A stretch of 63,078 bases of DNA, counting the filler, from Guillardia theta CCMP2712 (Eukaryota; Protista; Cryptophyta), in the NCBI RefSeq assembly GCF_000315625.1. It is 4 parts of 4 records of this genome, joined end to end, with 100 filler letters (N's around TTAATTAATTAA, not from the genome) between each part and the next. Parts side by side here need not be neighbours in the genome. Positions count along the whole stretch, not along the records: positions 19,199 to 36,513 come from NW_005434579.1; positions 36,614 to 53,004 come from NW_005434330.1; 2 more parts are not named here. One strand, written 5' to 3'. How positions within the stretch are numbered: position 1 is the stretch's first letter; the number at the start of each line of letters is the position of its first letter. Of the stretch, positions 23,922 to 37,580 are shown in pieces. Both the position numbers and the translations under genes were made by a program. The notes below the pieces were generated by a model, which was not told the DNA's origin, ran no database searches, and saw nothing but the letters and a program-made list of their open reading frames with translations.

Positions 23922-24398
23922 TCAATCCCTAAGCTGAACCTTGATGACAGAGTTTGCAAGGGCCTGGGCATAGACCATCAGTATGACATGAAATATCGTA
24001 TGCCCCCATCCCATGAATATTTGCTTATTCAGCTGTGGAACGAAAGAAATTCCACCGATCACGATGCACCCCATTGCATATCCGTAGTTGACAAAATCTC
24101 TTCTCCAAAGCATTGGGAATGTGTACATGAGCACGCATACCATTACCGGCATCCAACGTTCAAGTTTGCCATCGTTAGATGTTTGATCAAGGCGCCGCAT
24201 ATCGTTGTCAAGTCTGTCAGAGTATCGATTGAAGGCAGCGCTCATGTGGTAGGTGAATGACACTGGTAGATGCATCAGTGGAGCTGCCCACCAACAAGAT
24301 CATCAACAATCTGTTTGGCGTTTCCCATGCATTGACTGCGAGCACAAGTGTTGGCAAGACCATAGTAACAGCATTGGCGGCCTCTTGAGAGCATGTCA
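23922..24398 (-). pseudogene. PAQR/haemolysin-III-like membrane protein, frameshifted and apparently internally deleted
   Basis: E-x-x-N (QEAANAVT), SFTYH, MRRLDQ and GHTIFH motifs. Frame shifts at about 24280 with no plausible intron. Too few TM helices after RLD. Confidence 0.55.
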
Positions 24399-25940
24399 TG
24401 GCGTAGGCTACCCGGAAGGGCTCCTCGCATCGACCCTTACCTCCTTCTTCGATCCCGTCCCCATGTCTGCCGCCGCTGTTTTTCCTGCCACCCTCCTCGA
24501 CGACCTCTCTCCTCCAGCTACCCGGTGGCAGCCGCAGCCTCTGCTTCAACCCCAGCTTCAGTTTGCCGCGCCTGCCTCACGTCCGGCCCGACTCCCGGAG
24601 TCCGGGCCGCGGGTCCCGCCGCACACCGGGCCCGGCCCGGGCCGGCCATCTCACTCGGGTGCGGCCGGGGGTCACCCGTTGTTGATTTTAGTACAACAAT
24701 TATAAGTATTATAATGTGTATGGTGGACGGTTCAGCTTGTACCACCCAAAGCTTAATATATTTGTAAGAGTGTACCTATGTTTAGAAATAAAATTAGGAT
24801 TTTATTTTGGTTTTAAAAGTACATCCACCTCGGCCCCCAAGGGTGGTGGTGTGTTGACCCTGCTGGTATAGACAAATGAAAAAATTTATTTGAAATTAGT
24901 TGTAATGATTTGAAATAAATAAAATAAATATTGGAGAAATTCTTGTTATTTTTCGTAAATTCTACAACTTGAGTGGATCAACGTCTCCTGTACATTTCTC
25001 CAAATACAAGTTGGCGTTCTAACATAGATTGATCTAGTCTTGTTTCACGCCAACGTCTTGGGAACATCTCAACAGTGAACTACCACCCCGTATCCACCTT
25101 CAAATGGCCGAGAGGGTACTCCCATTATCGAGCTTGAAGTACCCCATATTTCACCATTAAAAGTACGGGTACTCAAGTACCCATCCACTCTCTTGATTCA
25201 AACCCCGTTTATTTCGTGAGTGGTACCCTTGTCCAGACAAGTACCCACCCCTTTTACGGTACACCCCCCAATGGAGCACCTGACCCCCCATATACCCAAC
25301 ATCCCTAGTTGTACAGTGAGTACCCCTACCAACTGTCTCCCATGGAAAGACTCATCACCCGTACATAAATCAAGATGACCCCCTTTAAGACTATAAAAGT
25401 ACCCCCTGTTATATAAGGATTTTTGAGTTCTACTACCCACCCACATCCAAATACCCCTAGCCTCTCAACACCTTGTTTCACCGACCCATGATCGCTGGAA
25501 AATACAAGTACCCTACCCTATTTTGATAGGGCCCTTTTGGTGAACACCCCTCCTGTTTGCTACGCTCTTCGAAGCTGGCGGCATGCACGCACCGGAGCGC
25601 ATGCTGGGTTGAAGGAGCCAGTAGATACCGAAGTCTCTCCCTCCTCCTCCTCCCCTCCTCCTCACTTCCTCTTCGATCTCCTTCTCAATCTCAACCTGCT
25701 CCTTGCTCTTCGCTCAGCTCCACTGCAACGACTTCGCCTCTTCGCTGTCAAGGTTTTTGCTCTACTGAGGTGGGTGTGGGCATAAATCTGCCTTCCTTCA
25801 TTGGATTGGATTCTCTCATATTCTCTCTCTCTCTGGGAAAACAACATCAATATCTAACTTCTCCTTCTCCTCTCGTAGGCTGGACTGTAAGGTTGTCCCC
25901 CCTTGTCTTCCCCTGCTTGTCCAAAACAAGTTGCTGCGCC

Positions 25941-28433
25941 ATGCCCACAACCAAAGATTTTAAGCTCGAGGAGCTATCGAAATATTTTCACATGCCTGAG
26001 AAGGCTGTGGCCAAGGAGCTGGGTATCTGCCTGACGTCCTTGAAAAAGCTGTGCCGCTCCTACGGCATCACGCGATGGCCGTTCAGAAAGGTGAATCAGA
26101 GTGAGAGGCTCAATCCTCGCTAACATCCTCAATAGCTCAAGTCAATTCAGCGCACCCTTGCAAAGGTGCAAGACGAGACTTCGCCTGGTATGGCTTCTCA
26201 GATTCAGAATGCTGGTCTAGGCCAGGATGCCGCCAGTAAGGATGCTCCAAAGCCCGTACCAGGTAGTCTTTTGTGCTGGGCATGTGATTGTTCTGACAAC
26301 AGTGTAAGGGTCACATCCACAACCGATTGAAGGAGAAGGACATGTAAAACAATGAGATGGGTAGACATTCTTCTATTGACTGTTTGCAAAGACGCCTTCA
26401 TCGAGTGGACGAGGTGGTGTTGTCAAGAAACGAAAAGCGTACCAGGTTATCACTCTGAGCGCGAGAGGTTTCCGATGTTTTAAGGAGGCATCTTGCAGTT
26501 GGGGGGCAAGACCCTGATGTTGACCGAAGAAGAGAAGAGCATCTATGAGCTGACAATCGGTAAATCAGGTCTTGTGCCCCCCCCCCAAAAGCATAGGAAC
26601 GAGCTGACTGGAAATGGGAGCAGGGACCGATTTGAAGGTTTCTCCTGCTGCTGCTGCTGCTGCTGCATCGAGCTCTTCATACAATGTAAGACGCAAGAGA
26701 TAATTACCGGCGTGTTTACTTTCCTTTCAGCTGGCGAACGTACAATCATCGTCAGACTCAGGTGATTCTGCGCAGCTGGACGTGGCACGATGCTAACCCG
26801 TATTTGCTTTAGCAGTCAGCTCCTCCAAAGCAATACCTGCTGCATCCCCTCCTGTTTCTACTACATCAAGTCAGGAGGATAAGGCGTTTGCGTGCAATGC
26901 TGTGGGCGCATCTCTCCACATTCGGAACTGGGCGAATCTCTGGACGCAGGTCATGATCGCGTTCGTCACTTTGGTGTTAGCTGACGACTGTTTCAGGAGC
27001 ACCTGCAGAAACGATTGCTGGAACCTCTTGGCGGCACCTCTCTCTCACTCTCCCCAAACCAACAGATTGCATACCTGAACTTTGAAAATGACAGAACAGC
27101 ACAGAGAGCAGAATTAATCTGCAGGTACTTGTCAATGTTGATGATGGGACTTGGATTCTGACGATCTTGCTCAGAGCTGCTGCCGCTGCCGCTGAAAAGA
27201 ACATGAAAGCACAGATTGCTTCTAGATCCTCTAGTCCTGCGCAAAGGGGTTCATACAGTGCGAACCCTTCCAGCGGTCGCCCGAGCATGAGCCCAACGCA
27301 AGGTCCGGTTGTGAAGGAGGGAAGTGCGTTGAGCTGACGAAAGTACTTCATAGAAGCAAGCCAAGCGGTCAGGATTGTTCTTCCGACTACTCTCCAGAAA
27401 CAGTTCGGATCGTCGTCCAGCGCGCAAGTCAAGGTTAATCGCCATCGCTGAACGAGGGCGGGATAACAGCTTAGTCAGGTCGAGGTGCCGATGCCCAAGA
27501 ATCTCAAAGAGCAGCTCGAGATAGCAAATCAGAAGCAGATCAAACTTGAGATCCCCGTGGTGATGCGCAACATACTCAACCTACTCCCACTGACCTGGTT
27601 GCAGGTCTCGTCTGTGATGCCAACGGACCCGGGAAGTAGCTCGGGCCCGATGAGTGGTGGGCACAGTCCGGTCTTCAAGTCGACACCCACGACACCCCCT
27701 ACCTCCTTCACCAATTATTTGTTTGAGTCGAATTACGACGGAACTTCCTTCGGTTGGATGATATCTATCTCTCCTCTATCCCCTCCTTACGTGGTTTCAC
27801 CGACTGCTCTATTCCCCGCCACCCTCCTGCTTCTCTACCTTCTCTGCGTCCCTCTTGTGCTGCCTTCTAACTTGCGGTCGTGTCTATTGCAGGATCGATG
27901 CTGATGCCTCCCAGCACGAGCTCTGGTCTTCACTTTGACTTCCCTGAGTCAGGATCGAACTATGTGGTACGAGGAGAACGATAGCATTTGTCGAGTTGAA
28001 CTTTCGGCAGAGCACATCGTGTGTTGAAGTTTCCAGCACCTCAATCATGGGTGGCCCGGACGATATGACGGTATGAAACTCATGATGTTGCTTTCCTCTT
28101 CCTCTGCTTCCTCCTCCATCCTCCACCTCCTTCCGCACTTGCTGAAGCTTCATCGTCAGATGGCTCTCATGGCGGGTACCACCATGTCGGGAACACAACT
28201 GGGCGACTCTGTAATCCAAATTGCTCCTGCGTTGGCAGCGTCTGACTTCCTGCTGCAGGTTGTGTCAGGCGAGCACCTCTCCCTCGACGACGACTCAGGC
28301 TTCATCACGAGAAGTCCGCCATGCAGTCTCAACAGCAGGTGCTCTTCCTGCCCCAGATCCTGACCGTCGTGCTGATGTGCCTGCAGCTGTCCTCGCTCGG
28401 ATAACCCGCACTCCCTCACTACAAGCGTTTTGA
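25941..28433 (+). CDS. RWP-RK domain transcription factor, multi-exon
   Basis: LEELSKYFHMPEKAVAKELGICLTSLKKLCRSYGITRWPFRK|LKSI. 3' end approximate. Confidence 0.9.
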
Positions 28434-28888
28434 AATCTGACTCCTCCGGTCCGTCTAGCGGCGCCTCTCAGGTATGCTCCTCCTCCACTGCCCTTCCTCC
28501 TTCCATTTCCGATGAAGCTTCTTGACTCCCCCCTCCCCTTCTCCCTGACGACCTATCCATGCTTCCTGTTTCCTCCGTCCCTGCCTTGACGAGCGCCGCC
28601 AGTCGAACGCGGGAGGCAACAGCCCAACTGCAAGTCCTTCAGGGGAGGGGAAGGGCATTTGAGGGACGAGCAGGGAAGGCTGATGTACATACACGGAGGA
28701 GCCTGGCAGGGCATGTAATCATAGTGGGTAGGAGCGTTGGGGCTCCGTTATGGTTGGCTGCGGCTAATTTTGTATATCCTCAAGGAATTGACTCAAGCTA
28801 GATGTAATGAATGAGTAACTTAGTTAGTCATGCGCGAGCTGGGCTTTTGCTGGAGGCTGTCGGTAGCTCTCGATGTTGATTGGACAGC

Positions 28889-31800
28889 TCATGGGTCCTC
28901 GATGACCATGAGATCGCTGAGATCGCCGACGCAGAGAGAGCCTGAGACGTGTTAGGAAGGAGGAGGAGGAGGAGGAGGAGGAGGAGGAGGAGGGAAGCGA
29001 GGAGATGGTAGAGAAGGAGAGGTACCATGATCAGCTGTCCGCTGCTGCCCAGTTCCTACGAGAGCGAGGGACTGTTGGTGGTGTCAGAGGAGCAGGGGGG
29101 AGGGGGAAGAGGATGTGACAAGGACCTTCTCGTTGGCGAGATGGAGGAGGCAGATGAAACAGTAGGAGACGGAGACTTCAGGGTACTTGGAGGTGTCCAC
29201 GCTGGCAAAGGGAGTAAGGGGAGGAGGAGAGGTGGGGGGGAGGGACCTGGCGATGCTGCTGCTGAACGTCTTGGCGACCCTTTCTTCCTCTTGAAACTTC
29301 ACCGTAGCAGTGGAGCCTCCTGCAGCATGCGGTGACGAGACAACACGGAGTGGGAGGGAACGGGGGGACGAAAGGAGGAGAGGGAGGGAGGAGGTGTAGG
29401 AGGAGGAGTTGAAAGAGACCTCGTTTGTCCTGCAGGTCTTCCCATATGTCTTCCTTGAGAGCTTTGATGTCGATCTTCTTGGCTGTCTTGGCGTATCCGA
29501 TCTCAATCTTCTCTGCCCTCCTCGGGGCTTGCAGCAGCTTTAGCCTCTCGTCCTCCTCCTGCTGCGCCGGCATGACGTTCCCTTCCGAGCCCAACCCGTC
29601 CCACTCCTCCCCGACCGCCTCCATACCCGTCCCATCGTCTGCACTGACGTCAAAAATGGACGCTGGAGAGAAAAGAAGGACGAGGGATGGTGCGAGGAAA
29701 GAGAGGGGGAAAGAGAGGATCAGAAGGGGGGACATGAGATGAGAAGGGCAAGGGATGGGAAGAGGAGAGGAGAGGAGAGGAGAGGAGAGAGGAGAGAAGA
29801 GAGGAGGGGAGGGGAGGGGAGGGGAGGGGAGAAGAAGAGAGGAGAGGAGTGTAGAGGAGAGGAGAGTAGAGGAGGGGAGAGGAGGAGGAGAGAGGGGCAG
29901 ACAGGAGGAACTTGGGTCATCACCATCGCAGTCTCCATCCGACATACGGTCTTCCTCCTCCTCCCTCTGGAATCTGCTCGCCCTGAGGGTGAAACGCGTC
30001 CTGGGGCGGAGGAAGAGACGCCGCAGGCTGTCGGGCATGTAGCGGTGGTCCTGGGGCAGCGAGTTTGCGGCTCCTCCTGCCCTCTGAGCGGCAGCAAGGG
30101 TCGTGCTGGCCTTGCTCTTGGACATGAGCTTCTGGGCATCAGCTGGGAGGGGAGAGCGCAGGTCAAGGAAGAACGTCTCCTTCTTCGAAGGCTTCCGCCC
30201 CGCTTCCGCCTCCACCTGGATGTTCTCAGCTCCTGGCCCCCTCATCCTCTCCCGCGCTTCCCACCTCGCTGACTTCGCCCGGCTGCTGGGAGGCTGCTGG
30301 GGCCGCCTGCTGCTTCTTGAAGGTCCAGTGGGCGGGCCCGGCCCAGGCCCTCATGGCGTCTCGGTTAAAGTAGCTGCAGCAGGCTCAGCAGCCGCCCAGC
30401 TGAAGAAGAGGGGCAGGGGAGGGTGGAGGGAAGGGGCTGGGAGTGTGGGGTGCGAGGGGCTCTTCTCAGCTGGTCTAACCAGTAGTCGTCGTTGTAGTCC
30501 AGGAAGGTGTCGAGCTGGTCGAGATCTCCAGTGAAGTTGGAGGCCCTGGAGGAAGAGGAGGAGGAGACGAGGGGAACTCCTGCTCCTCCGTCCGGCATCC
30601 CCTCCAAGTCGATCTCTGCGAGCATCTTCGGGGGACGTCAGTGTGCCGAGGGAGGAGGAAGATAAGAGAGAGGGGGGAAAGGTGATGAAGAGACAACGAG
30701 GAGTAGGAGGAGAGAAGGAGAGCCTTGAAGTGCGGGACCAAGGAGAGTGCAGAGGAGAGGGAGGAGGGAGGAAGCGAAGAGAGAGGGAGGGAGGGACAGA
30801 AAGGAACGACAAGCTCACCTGCTGCTCGAGCGCGATGGCTTCGGTCTCTTCCTCCTCGTCATCGCAGGCGTCGCAGTCACCGTCGAAGTCCGCAGCGGGA
30901 GGCTCGTCGACTTGCGCGCGTTGAGCCTCTTGGAGCGAGGGAGGAGGAGGGAGGGCAACCTCGCTGACGGTCTCCTCACTGGACAGCGTTAGGAGGAAGG
31001 GAGAGGAAGGAGGAGGGAGAGGAAGGAGGAGGGGAGAGGAAGGAGGTGGGAAGAGAAAGGGGTAGAGAGAGAAAAGGAGACGGGGGAAGGGGAAGGAGAG
31101 AAAGGGGGANNNNNNNNNNNNNNNNNNNNNNNNNNNNNNNNNNNNNNNNNNNNNNNNNNNNNNNNNNNNNNNNNNNNNNNNNNNNNNNNNNNNNNNNNNN
31201 NNNNNNNNNNNNNNNNNNNNNNNNNNNNNNNNNNNNNNNNNNNNNNNNNNNNNNNNNNNNNNNNNNNNNNNNNNNNNNNNNNNNNNNNNNNNNNNNNNNN
31301 NNNNNNNNNNNNNNNNNNNNNNNNNNNNNNNNNNNNNNNNNNNNNNNNNNNNNNNNNNNNNNNNNNNNNNNNNNNNNNNNNNNCTTAGCGGATGAGTCGA
31401 TCAGGATCCTACAGCACATCTTAGTCTTCTGCTGCTACTGCTGCCTCCCCCCCCCCCCCCCCCTCCCCTCCTGCTTCTTTTTCCTTCCTCTGCCGCACCT
31501 GCAGCCAGAACCGATCCCAAGCTGATTAAGGAGGAGCCCCCTAGTGGTATGGGTGAGGAAATGCCAAGTGAAGTGACCAAGAGGAGAAGGAGAGACAGGG
31601 AGAGGAGGAGAGAGAAAGCAAGAGCGGGAATGGAGAGGACCTGACAACGAGAGGGGCGGGGCAAGGGACAAGGTAGAGGAAGCATAGGAGGGAGGGAGGA
31701 GGGAGGGAGGAGGGAGGGGAGAAGGAAGTTAATACCTCGCTCCACCCTCGTCGAATGCTTTACACATCTTGTGGAAGAGAGGGTCCACGTTGACCTCTGC

Positions 31801-33048
31801 ACGTCGTTCTCACAAACCAGCAACCTCCTCCTCCTCCTCCTCCTCCTCACCTGTGTCGACTTTCTTCTGGATCAAGCTCTCTGGGTTGCTCTCAATCGTG
31901 TTGCTTCCCTGATAGCCACCGTTACATGCCGGGCCTCCTCCTTCTCCTCCACTTGCCTGCATCGGGGTCTTGCGGGCCTTCTTCCCCTTGCTGGTCTCCT
32001 CCTGCTCTCCCTCCCTGCCAGACTATCAGGAGGAACAAGACCTTGCAAGCACAGACGCTTCGCTCTCGTCGGATCCTTTCTCCTCCTCCTCTTGCTGCAG
32101 ACGCGATTACTGGCTCTCCTTCTCCTCCCTCCTCCCTAACCTCCTCCTCGTTGGGCTGAGATGTGCGGGTAAGACCCGTGACGACCCGAAAGGTCTGTGA
32201 TAGCGTTACCCAATTCTCCTCCTCCTCCTTCCCTCCTCCTCCTTCGCTCATCCTTCCCATCCTCTTCCTCTACCAACGCCTCCTCCCTCTCCTCTTTGGG
32301 TCTCCTTCTCCTACTCTCTCTCTCTGCTCCCGCCTTTCACCTCGTTGTGCACAGAGTCAACACGGCAGGAGTAGATCTTGCCAGCAGCATCCAAAGTGCA
32401 GCCCTGAGACGAGGACGTTCAATGAAGGGGACTGGGGCAGCAGGAGAGGATTCAAGATTGAGGAAGAGGAAGAGAAGGAGGAGAAATGAAAGTAGAAAAG
32501 GATGAGGGAGGAAATAAGGCAAGGTAGGAGTGAATGGAAAGTTAAGTCCGAGAAGGAGGAGAAAGAGAAGGAAGGGAAGGGAAGGGGTAGGGAGGGGAGG
32601 GGAGGGGAAAGGGAGGGGAGGGGAAGGGAGGGAGGGGAAGGGAGGAATGGTGAGGGGTAAGAGGAAATTACCGCTGTCACAAAGTCTGTCTCCTTTGCCT
32701 GCAGCATAGAAAACCTTCACCGCCCGAACACCTCTCGGGTGAGGGGTGAAGAGGGTCAGACCTGGGAGAGGCCGCGGATATGATCGAGCAAGTTCATATT
32801 CCATGCGTTCTTCTGCGTGATCTTGTTCTCGTTGGCCAGCTTGATGCAGTCACCTGCATCCCACCTCTCACTCCTTCAGCCTGACGATTCTCCCCAACTC
32901 ACCGTAGAGAGCCTGCAGGCGGTCGCCGTCGAGACGCCCTCCCTTGGGAGTTCCAAACACTGACATGACCGTCACTGCACCGTCTCAATGCGCATTGCAA
33001 ACGTCATCTCCATCATCAGGTCAATCATCAACAGCAACCTCGTCTCCG

Positions 33049-33099
<51 letters not shown>

Positions 33100-33723
33100 T
33101 GATCATCATCGCCATCATGATCAGCAACATCACAGCATGTCTTCACACACATGCACAACCTGTAGCTTCAGCATCAAACGACTGCCTCTTGGCCTTGGAG
33201 TCGCTGGGAGAGAAAACGACGTCACAGCCCCACTCCCCACCTCCCTCCGAGCACCTCCCCAGCATCTTCTTGAAGGGCGTGAAGGTGTTGGAGCTGGTAG
33301 CAGCGTTCTGGTGCGGTCGGTCAGGAGCAAGATGCTCTCAGAGTATGACAGACCTGCGCTCGGAGGTTCTCCTTCTCAATCTCATCGTCGTTCACAGACA
33401 GCAGCAGCTCGGGGGCTGCTGACTTCCGGCGGTTCAAGGGCGTCTGAGCCACCGGTGTCAAGAGTGCAGGAGGACGTTTCGCGGAGGGAGAGATGAAACA
33501 GCTGATGAGGATGGAGAAGAATTAGGGTAACAGGAAGATGAAATGGCACGGAAGTGAAAGTTGCAAGAGATGAAGATTGAGAAGGTGCAATCAAGGAAGG
33601 GCAAGTGAGAGTGGAAGAAGAAGGCGAGGTGTGGGAGGAAAGGGGAAGGGGCAGGGGTCAGGGGGAAGATGAAAGCGACGCAGCTATCACGATGACCTGC
33701 AAAGGAACTACGTTGGATGACAT
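28889..33723 (-). CDS. NCAPH: Condensin I kleisin subunit (CAP-H/Barren/Cnd2), multi-exon, spans a gap
   Basis: CIKLANENKITQKNA, GCTLDA.KIYSCRVDSVH, IGYAKTAKKIDIKALKEDIW, SVSYCFICLLHLANEK. Confidence 0.9.
33048..33098. repeat. (AAC)n microsatellite in an intron
   Basis: Seen directly. Confidence 0.9.
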
Positions 33724-35199
33724 CCTGCCGATTGGAGTCAGAAGTCTTCCAAGCAAGGAGAAGTAGCTGATTGCTCGAGAGCTTTCTCTAAACGATGATA
33801 TGCTGAGACCAAGATCCAGATGGAATACTCCTTCACTTGCTCGTCTCTATGATGTCTCGAATCCAAATCGGTACGTGAACAATCGTTGTCCTCAACTACA
33901 GCTTGTGTGTATCTCATTCATGCCCAACACAAATCTATCCACCTTCCTTCGCACCAATACTCTATACATGTTTGAACCTCTTCTAACTACTGACTTTGCT
34001 CTCCCTCAGCCCTTGCTGCCACTCCTGCTGTTGCGATCTTTGCTCTTGTTGTGTGCCTTATTGCTATCCGTTGTCCTGCTCCTCCTGTTCCTGCTTCTAC
34101 TTTTCCTGCTTCTGTTTTTGTTCATGCATCTTCTGTTCTTGCTGCTCCTGCTCCTGCTCCCTCGCCGTTGCCTGCTCGTTCAGTTTCCCACGCCATCGTA
34201 CGAAGTTTGAATTCTCCGGAACTTTGAGACTTTACAAACTTTGACTTGGAAACTTTCCGATGGTCAACACATAAACTTCCTGAATTTTGGAAACGACCCA
34301 TCTTACAAAGATTTAGAACACCAAACAGTACAAATTCTGAATTTAAAAATTAATATATTCATTTTAAAAATATCTTTAGTATATATAAGCTATTTATACT
34401 ATCTACCTAACGGTAAACTTTTGGTACACATTGAAGCTTTATATAATAGTTTTAATTATATATATTATTGAGATTTTATATATATTATTGAGATTTTATA
34501 TATTAGTTTTACCTCTACCCAACCTACACCTAAAGATCCTGCGGGGGCTCGGTACCCTTGGGAGCCACAACGTTGATCAGATGGTAGGGGTAGGTAGTCT
34601 TCAGACCGGTCCATAGAACTGAAATTTCCTCTGGAAACAGGGGTAAAAGGGGTACTCACCTAACCCTGATAGGGTAGTCAGCATGTGTTCCCAGATTTTA
34701 CCTGGGGTGGGTGAACTTGAGATGGAGGGGTAGGACGACAGGGTTGGAATGATATTATAGGGGTAGGGGTACTCCGCTGGAACTCTACACGTAGGTCATG
34801 GGATGACAGTACCCGTACTGATCATAAGAGATCCATCGAAATTTAAGGGTGGGGTTTGTTTTGTGAACATGGGTAGGGTACTAAAAAGATGGGTGGTCAT
34901 GGTCTAGTCCCCGAGTGAAAGCAGGAGAGAGGGGGTGGGAACAGGACGTGGGTAGGGTAGGGGTAGCGTACACCTACATTCCAGTGGGTAGGGGTTACAT
35001 TAGGGTAAATGGGGGGTGGAGGGTAGCAACCATGGGTTCAATAGCGCGAGGCGAGAGATGCATAGCAAGGATCGGAATGCAGGGGAGGGAGGGAGGGAGG
35101 GAAGAGGAGGAGGCAGTAGCGTCAAGGGATGACGAAGGGAGGAAAGTACGAGACAGGTCTACGTATCATGCAAAGCGCGTATGCCTCTGTCATGATAAG

Positions 35200-37580
35200 G
35201 CAGAAGGCTGAGAATCTCGTGAAGCTTTTGTAGAGACGGTGAGGGTTGTGTACAGGTTCCATGATGGGACTCGGAGATTGAAGCAGCATGTTCAAGGGAG
35301 AGAAGATTACATGACTGTGGAGCAAAACTGAGAGCTGACAAACAACGATCAGCGGGAGTCAAAGTGGCAAGAGGTAGACGTGGCAAGGCTTGGAAATTTT
35401 GGGTCCGACCTACATTAGTGAAATCAGCTACTCCCAACGCTCTTGCTTCACAGTGGCATGCACAGTGTTCAGAAGTTGGAAATCATCAACTGATTCCTCC
35501 TTAATTCTCGTGTTGGATTAGAGTTAGTACGGGTAGATGTGTGGAGAGGAGGAGAATTGAACTGATGTCCACCTTTGAATCTGGGTTGATTGCACGAAAG
35601 CTTTGAGGTTCAAGGAAGGGATACTTGCTCATGCCCTTTGCTCACAGATGGATCTGATCTTGGAGCTCGAAGACAAGTATTTCTTTGACTGGATGTACAG
35701 CAAAGTCTCACCCAGTGAGTGACGTCTCCTAATATCAGTTTGGAAGGCAGAGTGTTGATAGTGATCTAACTGTCTTGATAAACAGACTATCTTGCGCAGA
35801 ATGCATCTGATCCTGTACGCCAGTTCATCAGGTGCCATAGCGCTCGATAAATCTTGTTAAGCAGCTGATTTCCTGTACAGCATTTACCTCACCCTTACGG
35901 TGCACGGATGGGTGAGTTTTGGCCTGTTAAGAACTTGCGTTCGAGTTGTGATGGGCGACTGTGCAGCTGTTGTACTTCAGTGGTGCGGGTTTGAGCTGGC
36001 TGCTCTTCTTCGACAAGGTCTTGTCTCGGTGCATGTGGGGAAAACATGACGGGGAGCGCGGCAGAAATACCTGGAGCATCCGAAAAAGCTCCACAATCAA
36101 GTTGCAAGGGAGATTTCAACCACATTCTTCAGCATCCCGGTGACAGCTGCAGTCCCATGAGTGTGCAAGCGCTGACATGAGGGGCAAGGTCATGAGTGTC
36201 TTTACCTCTCCCATCTTCTGGCTGGAGGTAACGGCGGACAAGCGTGCGAGATCCTTGGCAGACCTTGTGTGAACGCCGCAAACTCCAGGTCAACGGATAC
36301 TCGAAGCTGCTGGACTCTAGCCCAGGATGGCAGTTCGAGGTGACTCCAAGTTCCTGTTTAATGGGCTCCTCCCTCTACATCACTGCCTGCATCTGCTGCC
36401 GTCCACTTGCGTGCCCTGTCGCTGAGCTGCTTGTTCTCACGTATCTCCTCTGTTGTATCTGTCTCCCTCCTCCTTGCTTCCTCCTACCTTGTTTCCCCTT
36501 CCCCTATCCTCCCNNNNNNNNNNNNNNNNNNNNNNNNNNNNNNNNNNNNNNNNNNNNTTAATTAATTAANNNNNNNNNNNNNNNNNNNNNNNNNNNNNNN
36601 NNNNNNNNNNNNNGGGTGCCTCCCGTGTCGGCGCTGCTGGGGATTCCGTCCTGCTGTGAATCAGAAGCCAGGAAGAGGAGGAGGAGAAGGGAGACGACCT
36701 GGTGGAGGAAGCAAGCGAGCATGCGCATCGTCATCTTCTGCGTCTGCAGCTTCGTCTCCATGCTCTCCTGCTGATCTCCTCCCGAAACGTTTGGCGACAT
36801 CTCAGACGCCTTCCTCTTGCTTCCTGCTGCCCTCCCGCTCCCCGCCATCCCCCCCCTCCCACCGCCGTCCACGTCCATGGCCTCCTCCTTCACCTCCACG
36901 TCATCCTTCCCTGGCCTCTGGGCCCAGGGCATGCCGAGCTTGGGGATGGTGAAGCTTGTGTCGCTCTCGGGGTCTGGCTCCTTGAGCAGCGACTTCACCG
37001 CATCCTCCGTCACAGGCTTGAAGTACTCCTCGTACGTCTCCCAGAACTCCTGGGTAGCAGCGCTCACGTTGTACGCTCGGATCCTCCCCGCATCGTCGGG
37101 GAGAGGCATCGGCCAGCCGTAGACCTCCATGACCTCGTGCGGGTCGTCGCACTTGTCGAGGATGTTGTCATCAACCACGTCTCCCTTCTTCTTGCTGCTG
37201 CTGTCTGAAGATTTCTTCCCCTCCTTCTTCCTTTTGTCCCTGTCCCTCTTCCGCTTGTCGCGCCCCCTGCGCTCCCGCCGCCCGGTCTTCTTCTCTCCCT
37301 CCGATTCATCGTCATCATCATCTGCAATCACATCAGACGAGCCGCAGAAAACACGTATGATGAGTTCAACAAGACATGTCAACCAGCTTAACGACATCAA
37401 CAAGACATGATCACGAGAGCAAGAACAAGTTTAGCTTCCAACCTCCACCGTCGTCTCCCTTCTTGTGTGCCAGGGCCTTGTCGTCATCGTCATCGTCGTC
37501 CTTCTTCTGATCATAGTCATCCTCGTTCTTCACCTGATCCACCTTCAGCGTAAAACCTCCTCCATGCTCTTACGCACCAT
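35200..37580 (-). CDS. Ada3/NGG1 (TADA3)-like SAGA/ADA subunit, multi-exon, interrupted by a linker gap
   Basis: FWETYEEYFKPVTEDAVKSLL..FTIPKLGMPWAQR and MTMRMLACFL resemble the Ada3 FW..EPY..IPPLG..Y..W and LTQRLL.AL motifs. Exons left of the gap are assigned tentatively. Confidence 0.6.
36558..36569. other. Artificial linker TTAATTAATTAA
   Basis: Same linker as at 19143. Confidence 0.9.
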
